DNA from: Candidatus Hermodarchaeota archaeon
GTDB taxonomy: Archaea > Asgardarchaeota > Thorarchaeia > Thorarchaeales > Thorarchaeaceae
Assembly (NCBI GenBank): GCA_048885865.1
Contig: JBHLLF010000035.1
Coordinates: 1 to 26,580, forward strand
Direction of reading: 5' to 3'
DNA: 26,580 bases
The notes beneath the pieces were generated by a model, which saw only the letters and a program-made list of their open reading frames with translations, was not told the DNA's origin and searched no databases. The position numbers were made by a program, and so were the translations under genes. Positions 17,501-26,116 of this stretch are shown in pieces (positions within the stretch are counted from its first letter, which is position 1; each line of letters opens with the position of its first letter).

Positions 17501-18061
17501 CTAGATTCCCAAGTCTGCTCTGGCTTCGATTTCCTGCTGATCCTGTAGAATCTTTTTCATTTGATGACGCAGCTGTGCTTTCAGCTTGATTCTATCATGG
17601 TCGAGACCAAAATAATCAGCAAAGAGGGTCGTAGTCTTCAGCAATTTACTCCTTCCCTCAGGGACCGCCTCAATGAACTTCTTCTCAATCAGTTCTTTAA
17701 TATGGTCATAGCAGTGAGTCCCCCTCTCAGCCACAAGCTCTGATTGTAGGATGGGTTGTTTTAGGGCCACGTAAACCAGTGTTTGAAGCGTGGCAAATGA
17801 TAGAAGTCCGCCTGGGATGAGTTTCGCGACATGAGGAGTCAATTCAGGCCTGAGTTGCATCACCCATCGCTCTCGGGGAAGCTCCACAACCTCAAGTGCC
17901 CCCTTTCGTTTGTTGTACATATGACCAATCTCTTCCAACACTCGTTTTGTAGAGGACTCAGCTTTTCCTAGGACCGCAGCCAGCTCCTCTATTGAAATGG
18001 GCCTTCCTGCTACATAGAGGGCTGCCTCTAGTTTCACCTTGTCATCATCCATAGAACTCAC
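17501..18061 (-). CDS. scpB: Segregation and condensation protein B (kite subunit)
   Basis: LEAALYVAGRP, TLVYVALKQPI, GRSKLLKTT..FADYFGL. Overlaps the scpA stop by 4 nt. Confidence 0.92.
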   Translation of the reverse strand: MSSMDDDKVKLEAALYVAGRPISIEELAAVLGKAESSTKRVLEEIGHMYNKRKGALEVVELPRERWVMQLRPELTPHVAKLIPGGLLSFATLQTLVYVALKQPILQSELVAERGTHCYDHIKELIEKKFIEAVPEGRSKLLKTTTLFADYFGLDHDRIKLKAQLRHQMKKILQDQQEIEARADLGI

Positions 18062-18774
18062 TTCGTTTCAATAGATGGGTGTATCTCGTCATCCTCCTCA
18101 GACGGCGGTGGGGGAGGAAGCATCTTTACCCAGATGACTTCGTCATTATCCATCCAGATGTCAATAAACGCTCTTCCATGGAGGTGAAGCAGGGCAAAGA
18201 AGACGCGGACAATCTCCCTTCGCGTATTGTTCATAAGAATATCCACAAACCTTGCAGTTTCGCCAATCTCCATTATTCTCAAGAGGTCGTCATAGACTTC
18301 AGTTATGTTCTCCTCAACGTCTGCTCGCGTGGTTTCCATTTTGAAGTCCATTGGCTCTATGCTGGGTCGATATCTTTTCTTCCGCGGAATAGTCTGCTGA
18401 CGGGCACCTTTACTCAGCATTCTGTCCATCGCTATAAGCAGTTCTTGAAGAGTGACTCGCTGATTGCTCACTCTAAATGGAGGTCGAATCAGAGGAATGG
18501 CAAGTTCCTCATCATCCGTATCTCTGTCAGGAGGAAGAATCCCAAGTTCAACGAGTTCACGAGTCTTCCTCATGAAGATAACAGATGCTGAATACAACGC
18601 ACTTCCTGAGATTCTGAAGTCAATGTCCCCGAGGCGCTTCATCTCGCGAATGAACCCTGCAACCAGTTTACCGACATCAACATTCCACGGTTTGATTTTA
18701 TCCAGCTGAAGTACATCAGTGAGGAGAATATAGGGCGGAGCCGCCCAGAATGGGGAGTCTTCTTCCTCATTCAT
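18058..18774 (-). CDS. scpA: Segregation and condensation protein A (kleisin)
   Basis: KPWNVDV and SGSALYSAS..RKT N-terminal helices, RVTLQEL, C-terminal winged helix FFALLHL. Lies between smc and scpB with 4-nt overlaps. Confidence 0.88.
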   Translation of the reverse strand: MNEEEDSPFWAAPPYILLTDVLQLDKIKPWNVDVGKLVAGFIREMKRLGDIDFRISGSALYSASVIFMRKTRELVELGILPPDRDTDDEELAIPLIRPPFRVSNQRVTLQELLIAMDRMLSKGARQQTIPRKKRYRPSIEPMDFKMETTRADVEENITEVYDDLLRIMEIGETARFVDILMNNTRREIVRVFFALLHLHGRAFIDIWMDNDEVIWVKMLPPPPPSEEDDEIHPSIETK

Positions 18775-21700
18775 GCTACTTCCGCCACCTCCTCTAAGTC
18801 GAGCTTTACGATTCTTGAAATGCCATCCTGATTTGACACACCAACTAGGAGGTCTGCTTTCCTGACTGTCGTCGTTCTCAAAGATACAACAATGAATTGA
18901 GATGATTTCGCCATCTCTGCGATAAGAAGGGCTACATTATGGGCATTGACATCATCTAATGCAGCATCAATCTCATCGAACACATAGAAGCTTGCTGGAT
19001 TGTACATCTGGATGGCGAATATGAGCGCAAGACCTGTGATCGTCTTCTCGCCACCACTCATGGCATCCAGCGTCACCAGTTCTTTTCCTCTTGGCTTGGA
19101 TCTAACGGTGATTCCGCCCATAAGTGGATGCTCTGGATTCTCAAGCATGAGTGTCGCCTCACCACCAGGCGAGAGCTTGGCAAAGACCTTTGCGAAGTTG
19201 TCTGCAATGTCATTGTAGACCTGGAGGAATTTTCTGGTCTTCTCAGCTTCAATCTCTTCCATAAAGGCAAGAATCTCCTTGTGTTCCTCTTCAAGTCGAG
19301 TCTTCTTGTCAACAATCTCCTCATATTGGTCTTTCTCGATATCATAATCTGTGAGAGCTTTCAAGTTGACAGGTCCTAGCACATCGAGTTCTCTCTCGAA
19401 TTCCTTTATCTTGTCGTCGAAGGCATCAATCTCCTTGTAAGTCAGCTCCGGCTCTTTCGCCTTCTTAGCCATCTCTTCAGTGGCATCCGCTAGTTCATTC
19501 AATTCAGCTATAAGTCCAACTAAGTCGCTTTCAAGTCTTGATTGCTCAGTCTGAAGCCTATAGACTGCCTTCTCATTCGCAGTCTGTTCCTCTCGAATCT
19601 CCTCATGACGGAATCTGAGGTTTCGGAGATGTTCTTTCAAATCAAGCTGGCGGACTCGCTTGTCTTTCACCGCTTCGTCTATCTTCTCGCGTTCAGCCTT
19701 CAGTTTCTCGAAGTCCTGTTCTTTCTTCTCCACATCAGACTGCAGCGTATCCACTCGTTTCTCCAGGTCTGGAATACCTTTTTGCACCGCCTTCAGACGT
19801 AAATCTAGCTCGGCTAGCTTAGGCTTAAGACGTTCATCTAGTGCAACTTTCAGACCAGTAATCTCGCTTGTCAGAACCTCACGTTCTTGGTTATGATGAT
19901 TGAGAACCTCTTTGAGATCTTTTAGATACTGAGTGAGTTTAGCGGTGTCGGATGTAGCTAAGGTTTCATTGGCCTCGTCTCTCTGCTCTCTGACCCTCTC
20001 TCTGTGCTCTGACAGTTCAGAATCCCTCTCCTGAAGCTCTGAAATCTGAGTTTCGAGTTCCTTGATTGTAACTTGTGCTTTGCTGATTCTATCCTTGAGA
20101 AGCGCAGTCCTATTCTCCTTCTCTTCCAATCGTTCTTCAAGTCCTTCTAGTTCGAGCGTCGCTCTATAGTTACTCTTCGAGAGGTCTTGAATCTCCAAGT
20201 CCAGCTTATTCTTTTCGTTTCTAAGGCTATCCTGATGACTGCGTAGCTCCGACAATATCTCATTCAGTCCCTTGAGACGTTTGGCTATCTCTGGACTAGT
20301 GTCTTCCAATTGAAGAGAGAGACCGGTTGCAGGCTTGTAGTAGTAACCGCCAGTAATCAGACCTGACCGTTCAACCAGATCGCCCTCTAGTGATACTGCT
20401 CTGCGCCCCTTGAATCCCATTGCCTTTGCGGTTTCAAAATCCTCTGTGACTAGTGTGTCTTGGAAAACAAACTCGAAAGCTGGTCGCATTTTATCATCGA
20501 ATTTCACAAGGTCAATCGCCAGACCTATGACTCCACTGTCACGAGGGACTTTCCCTGGCTTTGTGGTGCTGATTCTATTGAGTGGGATGAACGAAGCTCT
20601 ACCCACTTTCTCAATCTTAAGTATGTTAACACATTTAGTGGCGACTTCGTCATCATCTACCACAATATGAGTAAGCCTATTTCCTCCAGCGATTTCCATG
20701 GCGGAGGCATACTCAGGGTCGATTGTGCCCAGCTCAGCCACTGTTCCATAGATGCCCTCCACTGTCTTTGAGTCGCGGAGTTCGAGAATTCGACGGATTG
20801 CACGTCGCCGTTTCAAGAATGCTTCTTCAGCCTCTTTCAAGGCATCCTGTCGTGCTTGGACGCGAATCAGTTCCTCCTTTGTCTTTTCGACTATCTGGGC
20901 TGATTCTCGAACCTGCGCTTCAACATTCTTGAGATTGTTCTCAATTTTCTCGACTTCAGCTCTCTTGCTCTCTTCATTCTCTTCAGCTTGCTTGAGGGTT
21001 TCACGTCTTTCAGGTATAACTCTGCGGAGGTCTGACAGCTCTTCTTCCGTCTTTTCCAGCATCTCTGTCGAATCGCGAAGCTCCTCGTAGGTCATTCCAA
21101 GCTCTTTGCTATCGGTCTTTATGGCCGAACGAACCTCAGACACACCTTCATCAAGCGCCCTCATCTGATTATTGAGATCCTGCAGCCTTAGGGTGATTTC
21201 AAATGATGTTGCCTGTTCCTTCTCTATTCGATCCTCCAACCCGCTAATCTTGTTTGTACAGCTCAGTATCTCATCATCCAATCTAGCAAGCTCTTGATTC
21301 TTCTCCTTGATGAGTGCCTCTGAACCACTCACTTGGTCTTGAATTGATTGAATGTCGACCTCAACAGAATTTCGTTCTTCCATCTTCGCGTTGTATTCGC
21401 CCTGCACGCGTTCAAGATCCGCTCTTGCATGGTCTACAGCAGCTGAAACAACTCCGTATTGCTCTGAGATTCTAGCAGAGTCTCCACCTGTTATTTGATC
21501 AATTTCTCCATCAATGGTCTCAATCTCGAGGTCTGTGTCACTAATGCCTTGTTCAACTTCAACGAGTTCCCTAGAGAGATTCTCCGCCTCTTCTGCTCTT
21601 TCGGCCAGAGTTTCTTGGATAGTTTCAATCCTGCTCTTTCCTTTGATAGTCCGCCAAGCTATGCTGTCGATTCTGACCTGTTCTATTTGCTTGTGAAGAC

Positions 21701-22361
21701 TCTGATGTCTGCGGGCGTCTGTCATTTCCTCCTCAAGCTTTTCCAGCTGGCGCCTTCGTTCCTGAAGCTGCATCTCGACTTTTCCGAGATTGGTTTCACT
21801 CTCTGCGAGCCTCTTGAGCGCACGTTCCTTCTGTTCATCGTATGCAGATATTCCTGCAATCTCTTCTACCAGCTTGCGTCTATCCGTGGGGCTTACTTTC
21901 ACAATCTGTGCAATCTCTCCTTGTAGAACCAGATTGTATCCGTTGGGATCGACACCAATTGCCCCTAGGACCTCTATGACCTGCGTTCTTGTTACAACTT
22001 TGCCATTGATTCGGCAAGTAGATTTGCCGGAATCATCCAGCTCTCTCTCGATTACAACTTTGTCTGAGTCTATCTGTAACTTTCTATCTTTGTTATCAAA
22101 ATGAAGCTCTACAGTGGCAGACTTAGCTTTTGGAGGCATATCCGGTTTTGGTGGCGAATATAGAAGGTCCGAGAAGACGTTTGCACGAAGCGTCTTTGCA
22201 CTGAGCTGACCAAGTACAAACAATACGGCATCGATGACGTTTGACTTACCTGATCCATTTGGTCCAACAATACACGTAAAGCCCTCGTTGAGTCTGATGG
22301 TGACTATGTCTCGTCCAAATGACTTGAAGCCCTTGCATACTAGCTTCTCTATGTGGACCAA
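18771..22361 (-). CDS. smc: Chromosome segregation protein SMC
   Basis: GFKSF, Walker A GPNGSGKS, Q-loop VLQGE, hinge GDLVERSGLITGG, signature MSGGE, Walker B FYVFDEIDAALD, long coiled coils. Probable start TTG 22361. Confidence 0.97.
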   Translation of the reverse strand: MVHIEKLVCKGFKSFGRDIVTIRLNEGFTCIVGPNGSGKSNVIDAVLFVLGQLSAKTLRANVFSDLLYSPPKPDMPPKAKSATVELHFDNKDRKLQIDSDKVVIERELDDSGKSTCRINGKVVTRTQVIEVLGAIGVDPNGYNLVLQGEIAQIVKVSPTDRRKLVEEIAGISAYDEQKERALKRLAESETNLGKVEMQLQERRRQLEKLEEEMTDARRHQSLHKQIEQVRIDSIAWRTIKGKSRIETIQETLAERAEEAENLSRELVEVEQGISDTDLEIETIDGEIDQITGGDSARISEQYGVVSAAVDHARADLERVQGEYNAKMEERNSVEVDIQSIQDQVSGSEALIKEKNQELARLDDEILSCTNKISGLEDRIEKEQATSFEITLRLQDLNNQMRALDEGVSEVRSAIKTDSKELGMTYEELRDSTEMLEKTEEELSDLRRVIPERRETLKQAEENEESKRAEVEKIENNLKNVEAQVRESAQIVEKTKEELIRVQARQDALKEAEEAFLKRRRAIRRILELRDSKTVEGIYGTVAELGTIDPEYASAMEIAGGNRLTHIVVDDDEVATKCVNILKIEKVGRASFIPLNRISTTKPGKVPRDSGVIGLAIDLVKFDDKMRPAFEFVFQDTLVTEDFETAKAMGFKGRRAVSLEGDLVERSGLITGGYYYKPATGLSLQLEDTSPEIAKRLKGLNEILSELRSHQDSLRNEKNKLDLEIQDLSKSNYRATLELEGLEERLEEKENRTALLKDRISKAQVTIKELETQISELQERDSELSEHRERVREQRDEANETLATSDTAKLTQYLKDLKEVLNHHNQEREVLTSEITGLKVALDERLKPKLAELDLRLKAVQKGIPDLEKRVDTLQSDVEKKEQDFEKLKAEREKIDEAVKDKRVRQLDLKEHLRNLRFRHEEIREEQTANEKAVYRLQTEQSRLESDLVGLIAELNELADATEEMAKKAKEPELTYKEIDAFDDKIKEFERELDVLGPVNLKALTDYDIEKDQYEEIVDKKTRLEEEHKEILAFMEEIEAEKTRKFLQVYNDIADNFAKVFAKLSPGGEATLMLENPEHPLMGGITVRSKPRGKELVTLDAMSGGEKTITGLALIFAIQMYNPASFYVFDEIDAALDDVNAHNVALLIAEMAKSSQFIVVSLRTTTVRKADLLVGVSNQDGISRIVKLDLEEVAEVA

Positions 22362-22510
22362 GACGCTCCCTTCCCGGCTCTGGACGATTATCATATGATA
22401 GGCGTGTCTGTTGTACAGCCTTGATATTACGCGGCCCTAAATATGATTGGTACTACCTGGGTAATACCTCGGCCTTATTCAGGCATGCCTGTGCATCTTC
22501 GACTAGCCAG

Positions 22511-22526
22511 AAAAGTCCAAAAAAAG
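22511..22526 (-). terminator. Oligo-T archaeal terminator after roadblock gene
   Basis: Minus strand reads CTTTTTTTGGACTTTT about 30 nt downstream of the stop at 22557. Confidence 0.45.
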
Positions 22527-22556
22527 GTAACTCTGTAGCATTTTGAATATAGAAAG

Positions 22557-22919
22557 TCAGCTGACCATTGCCATCAAAGCTCGTTTGAGAGCCATTCTAA
22601 GGAGTCCCATGGACTCGCGAGCTCCTTCTCCTGCAATTCCAGCAAGAACAACCTTTACGTCGCCTAGAATCACAATGTAGCCATTGTCAGCTGCGACTGA
22701 TACCTCTTTCAATCCCCCCTTGTCGAGACCACTGGATAGTTGCGAGGAGTTTCCAGCAATCTTGACTGCGAGGTTTGCGACATCCGAATGTTTGATGCCC
22801 CCACTGATAGTATGACCAAAAATCACCTTCCCCTTGGCATCGCATACTACTATGCCCTCTAGGTTCTCATTGGCCGCCATTGTATCGGCAATCACTTGTT
22901 TTACCTTTTCTTCATCCAC
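22557..22919 (-). CDS. Roadblock/LC7 domain protein
   Basis: 120 aa: helix, EGIVVCDAKG, helix, GGLKEVSV...GYIVI, C-terminal MGLLRMALKR helix, which is the roadblock fold pattern. Confidence 0.8.
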   Translation of the reverse strand: MDEEKVKQVIADTMAANENLEGIVVCDAKGKVIFGHTISGGIKHSDVANLAVKIAGNSSQLSSGLDKGGLKEVSVAADNGYIVILGDVKVVLAGIAGEGARESMGLLRMALKRALMAMVS

Positions 22920-23057
22920 TTTGACATACTCTCCGTGGGTACTGCCTCTCTGATTTGGTGCTATTCTTCTAAAAACCGTTTCTCCTATAAATGGGAGTAT
23001 TCTTTTGACTACCTTCTGGAGAAAAAAAGATGAGGATGCGAGGACAATATCTATGAT

Positions 23058-23252
23058 ATGGATGAGGTTGAGATTTGCAATTTTACGAAGTATCTGTTGA
23101 TACTAGAAATCCTGCTCTTTATACCGGGAGCGGTCATTGTGACAAACATGCACCCTCTATGGATGCAACAAATGGTCTATACTCTTTTCCTGAGTATTAT
23201 TGTCACAGGTGTCGTCTATGCGTTGGTATCCAGAAGAATCGAGAGGTACTAA
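23058..23252 (+). CDS. Small two-TM membrane protein (64 aa)
   Basis: Two hydrophobic helices and a basic C-terminus (SRRIERY). GAGGA upstream; lies directly before the Sec23/24-like gene. Confidence 0.55.
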   Translation: MDEVEICNFTKYLLILEILLFIPGAVIVTNMHPLWMQQMVYTLFLSIIVTGVVYALVSRRIERY

Positions 23253-23355
23253 TCAGATTCAAACCACTGGAATTAAGGATTGGTGGATGATTTTCATAGC
23301 TTAGGTTAAATACGCAAATGTGAAGCTAGGTCCAAGACTTTTGGAGTCGAATTTT

Positions 23356-24981
23356 ATGCCTATGCTGAGAACTACTTCGGAGGCTTTTCCTTCATCAAAG
23401 GATGTACTGAAAGACCTCCCATACGTCTTGCGAGTCGAATTTGGAGACTTGGCACGAGACGTTACTAAGATTGTTGGCAAGCCAATTGCTTGCCATAAAT
23501 GCAATGGCTTCCTTCTCAGTGTAGATCAGATTCTAGAGGATGACAAGGTCGGAAAGCACTTTGTCTGTCCCTTCTGTGGTACACTGAATGTTATTGAAGG
23601 AGAGATCGTTGTCGCAGGCGACGATACAGACTTCGTTGTGAAGCCACCACAAGACATAGAGACCGGTACTGATACAATATCAACAGGCGGCCGGTCTTTC
23701 TTGGCGTTGATAGACGTTTCTGGGTCCATGGCTGGTGAGAACCTGGCTGCAGTAAAGCGCAGTCTAAACACATCAATTGACAGTCTGGCAGCCAACACTC
23801 CAGACACAATGTTTGGTCTGATTGAGTTTGAGAGTTCTGTAATCTGTAGAAATCTGGAGACCGGGGCGCCCATCGAACTCCCAAGAGAGTCCTTTCAAAG
23901 TCTGGACTCAATCATGGACTCGACAAAACGCTTGTTAGACAAAATCAAGATGGTCAAGGTCGGTGACAAGTCATCAGACCTGAAGAATCACGTTGCAGCT
24001 CTGCGAGACCAAGGCGGAACTGCGCTGGGACCAGCTGTGGGTATGGCCTACACCATAGCCAAACACCGAGATGTTGGTCGAATTGTCCTTCTTACTGATG
24101 GACTTGCAAACGAGGGAATTGGCGCCCTTGAGGGATACCAGGTCACACCCGCGAACAAATACTATGAGGACCTCGGTGATGAGTTCAGAAAGATTGGAGC
24201 CGCCTTCGATGTCGTAGGCATCGCATCAGGTGGAGCCATGGAGCTCAAGACACTGGGTCTGTTACCTGAAGCTACCGGGGGCACTATGTACTATGTGACT
24301 CCCAATGAACTGGATAGAAGCCTCTCAGAGCTTGCAGGAGCAACCCTTCTAGGCCGTGACGTAGAGGTCAAACTCATCACACCTGAGGGTGTCAAGCTCA
24401 AAGATGCATCAGGAGCATCCCGTGCAGTTCTTGATGAGCTCAAGAAGAAAGGCGGCGGAAAGATTGGAGTTGTTGGTGAGGACCATGAGCTATACTTCGA
24501 GGTAGAGCCTGAGAAGAAGATCAAGGGTGAAGAAGTCCCGATTCAGGTACAGGTTTCCTACACCGACAATGAGGGCGCGAGAAGGGTCCGAGCAGTGACA
24601 ACCAAGCTCAAGGTCTCTGAGAAAGAAGATGAGATCATGAAGACTCTCGACCCAACTGTTGGTGCGACCTTCGTCACTCAAAAAGCTGGTGAGGATGCAG
24701 TAAGAGGCGACCGCAAGAAGGGCAAGGAGAGACTTGCCTCATTCAGGACCGCTATGAAGGCTCGCGCTAAGGCCGCGCCCAAGCCAGTCAAGGCAATGCT
24801 CGATAAAGCCGATGATGTCCTTGAGAGTGAGGAAGAAGAGCTTGAGCGTCAGGAAGCACGAATGATGGAGGCTCCCGCTGGAGGTGCTGCACCATCTGCA
24901 GCCGCTGACATGACCGCAGTCGAGAACCTTGCTCAAATGAAGCGCAGCTCCAAGAGAATGTTTGAGGACGACGAAGAATAA
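23356..24981 (+). CDS. Sec23/Sec24-like protein (Zn finger + vWA trunk + beta-sandwich + helical)
   Basis: PIACHKCNGFL...FVCPFCGTLN (Sec23/24-type Zn finger); FLALIDVSGSM, TALGPAV, GRIVLLTDGLANEGIGAL, LPEATGG (vWA trunk); IQVQVSYTDNEGARRVRAVT (Sec23/24 beta-sandwich end). Probable start ATG 23356, with GGAG and TTAAATA upstream. Confidence 0.82.
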   Translation: MPMLRTTSEAFPSSKDVLKDLPYVLRVEFGDLARDVTKIVGKPIACHKCNGFLLSVDQILEDDKVGKHFVCPFCGTLNVIEGEIVVAGDDTDFVVKPPQDIETGTDTISTGGRSFLALIDVSGSMAGENLAAVKRSLNTSIDSLAANTPDTMFGLIEFESSVICRNLETGAPIELPRESFQSLDSIMDSTKRLLDKIKMVKVGDKSSDLKNHVAALRDQGGTALGPAVGMAYTIAKHRDVGRIVLLTDGLANEGIGALEGYQVTPANKYYEDLGDEFRKIGAAFDVVGIASGGAMELKTLGLLPEATGGTMYYVTPNELDRSLSELAGATLLGRDVEVKLITPEGVKLKDASGASRAVLDELKKKGGGKIGVVGEDHELYFEVEPEKKIKGEEVPIQVQVSYTDNEGARRVRAVTTKLKVSEKEDEIMKTLDPTVGATFVTQKAGEDAVRGDRKKGKERLASFRTAMKARAKAAPKPVKAMLDKADDVLESEEEELERQEARMMEAPAGGAAPSAAADMTAVENLAQMKRSSKRMFEDDEE

Positions 24982-24990
24982 ACGATAACA

Positions 24991-25031
24991 GAGTGACGTT
25001 GCAGCGAGCAGCGTCGCTCAACCTCTTTTTT
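24991..25031 (+). terminator. Stem-loop plus T-tract after the Sec23/24-like gene
   Basis: GAGTGACGTTGC-agcga-GCAGCGTCGCTC forms a 12-bp stem (2 G-U), followed by aacctcTTTTTT. Confidence 0.65.
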
Positions 25032-25174
25032 CCATCATATGTGTCTGATTGACCCAAGTTTCAAAATGCGCAAACGGGCTCTCTTACCATAATAATGTCA
25101 TCATAACTGCTAAATACCCAACTGCGGCGTTAGGATTTGTCAAATGGACAATTGATAGCAGCGGAGATTCTACT

Positions 25175-25471
25175 TTGATAAGTCAAGAGCGACTCAACAG
25201 CATCCTCCAACAACTCAAGGCCCAAGACGGAGTCCGTGGGGTCGTGGTCACCACCATGGAAGGTCTTCCTCTGAGTAGTGACTTGGATGCAGATACAACC
25301 GAAAATGTCGCTGCAATCATCACCTCTCTTGTAGGAAAGGCACTGGACACGGTGCGCCTCCTACGCGAGGGATCATTGTCCTTCCTTACCTTGGACACAA
25401 CACAAGGTCAAATAAACATCGCACCCGATGAAAAAGAGGGCCTGATATTAGTGGTCCTCAAGAAGAACTAG
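25175..25471 (+). CDS. Roadblock/LC7 domain protein (short, LC7/LAMTOR-like)
   Basis: GVRGVVVTTMEGLPLSS...ENVAAI...LSFLTLDT...LILVVL. Probable start TTG 25175 with GGAGA upstream; the ORF-track extension to 25049 looks non-coding. Confidence 0.88.
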   Translation: MISQERLNSILQQLKAQDGVRGVVVTTMEGLPLSSDLDADTTENVAAIITSLVGKALDTVRLLREGSLSFLTLDTTQGQINIAPDEKEGLILVVLKKN

Positions 25472-25490
25472 TATGTATGGGGCTATATCC

Positions 25491-25961
25491 ATGAGCGATC
25501 CGAAAGCGTTTGACAGAATCCTCACGGACATCATCCGTCAAGAGAAGGGAATCCGCAAGGTCATCCTTGTAGATAAGACAGGTTTGACCATTGCTAACGT
25601 GAGCAAGCTGTCATATTATCCAGTGGACGTCGACAGTATCGGCGCAATTGCGTCTGCGGTCTTTTGCGCCTCAGAGGAGCAAGGGAAGAATCTGCAGATT
25701 GGCGAGCTTGAGATCGTCACGAGCGAGTTTAGTGAAGGCAAGATATTCGCATCTGCGTGCGGAAAGGGTGTGCTGTGCGTTGTGTCTGATGCCGACGTTA
25801 ACATAGGCATGATACGTCTTGTCATGAAGAAGCAGGGTGTACAGCTCGCAGACGAGCTTGACAAGTTCCTGGCAGTGGAGCCATTAGCTCCCAGCGGCAA
25901 GGACAAGGAGCTGGATGAGGAGGACCTCAAGTCCGCCCTCGCAGAGCTTGAGAGGGTCTGA
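25491..25961 (+). CDS. Roadblock/LC7 domain protein (MglB-like) with acidic C-terminal helix
   Basis: VILVDKTGLTI, IGAIASAVF, GELEIVTSEFSEGKI, NIGMIRL, then an extension ending DEEDLKSALAELERV. Start ATG 25491 (or 25473). Confidence 0.88.
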   Translation: MSDPKAFDRILTDIIRQEKGIRKVILVDKTGLTIANVSKLSYYPVDVDSIGAIASAVFCASEEQGKNLQIGELEIVTSEFSEGKIFASACGKGVLCVVSDADVNIGMIRLVMKKQGVQLADELDKFLAVEPLAPSGKDKELDEEDLKSALAELERV

Positions 25962-25983
25962 CCGCTGCGAGGCGGTTGACCTT
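25953..25983 (+). other. GNRA-tetraloop hairpin overlapping the roadblock stop codon
   Basis: AGGGTC-T-GACCGCT-GCGA-GGCGGTT-GACCTT, about 13 bp including G-U pairs, with a GCGA loop. Confidence 0.5.
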
Positions 25984-26010
25984 GTACGCTCTACAGCCCC
26001 AATTGTGCCA

Positions 26011-26024
26011 CAAACCCTTTTATG
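26011..26024 (+). promoter_or_regulatory. Putative BRE/TATA promoter for the GTPase gene
   Basis: CAAACCCTTTTATG resembles an archaeal BRE+TATA, about 95 nt upstream of the proposed start. Confidence 0.4.
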
Positions 26025-26116
26025 AGACCACACTTTTGGGCTTATCAGCCCCCCGAGCAGGGCTTCTATTTGAGGCCAGAACGAGTACAGGCAGTGACAC
26101 AGTGAGGTGAACAGCG

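Noticed and set aside
19000-22104. Multiple short ORFs within smc
   Set aside because: They fully overlap the well-supported smc gene and have no recognisable motifs.
25049-25174. N-terminal extension of the roadblock ORF as given in the track
   Set aside because: It does not resemble a roadblock domain; a better RBS and TTG start occur at 25175.
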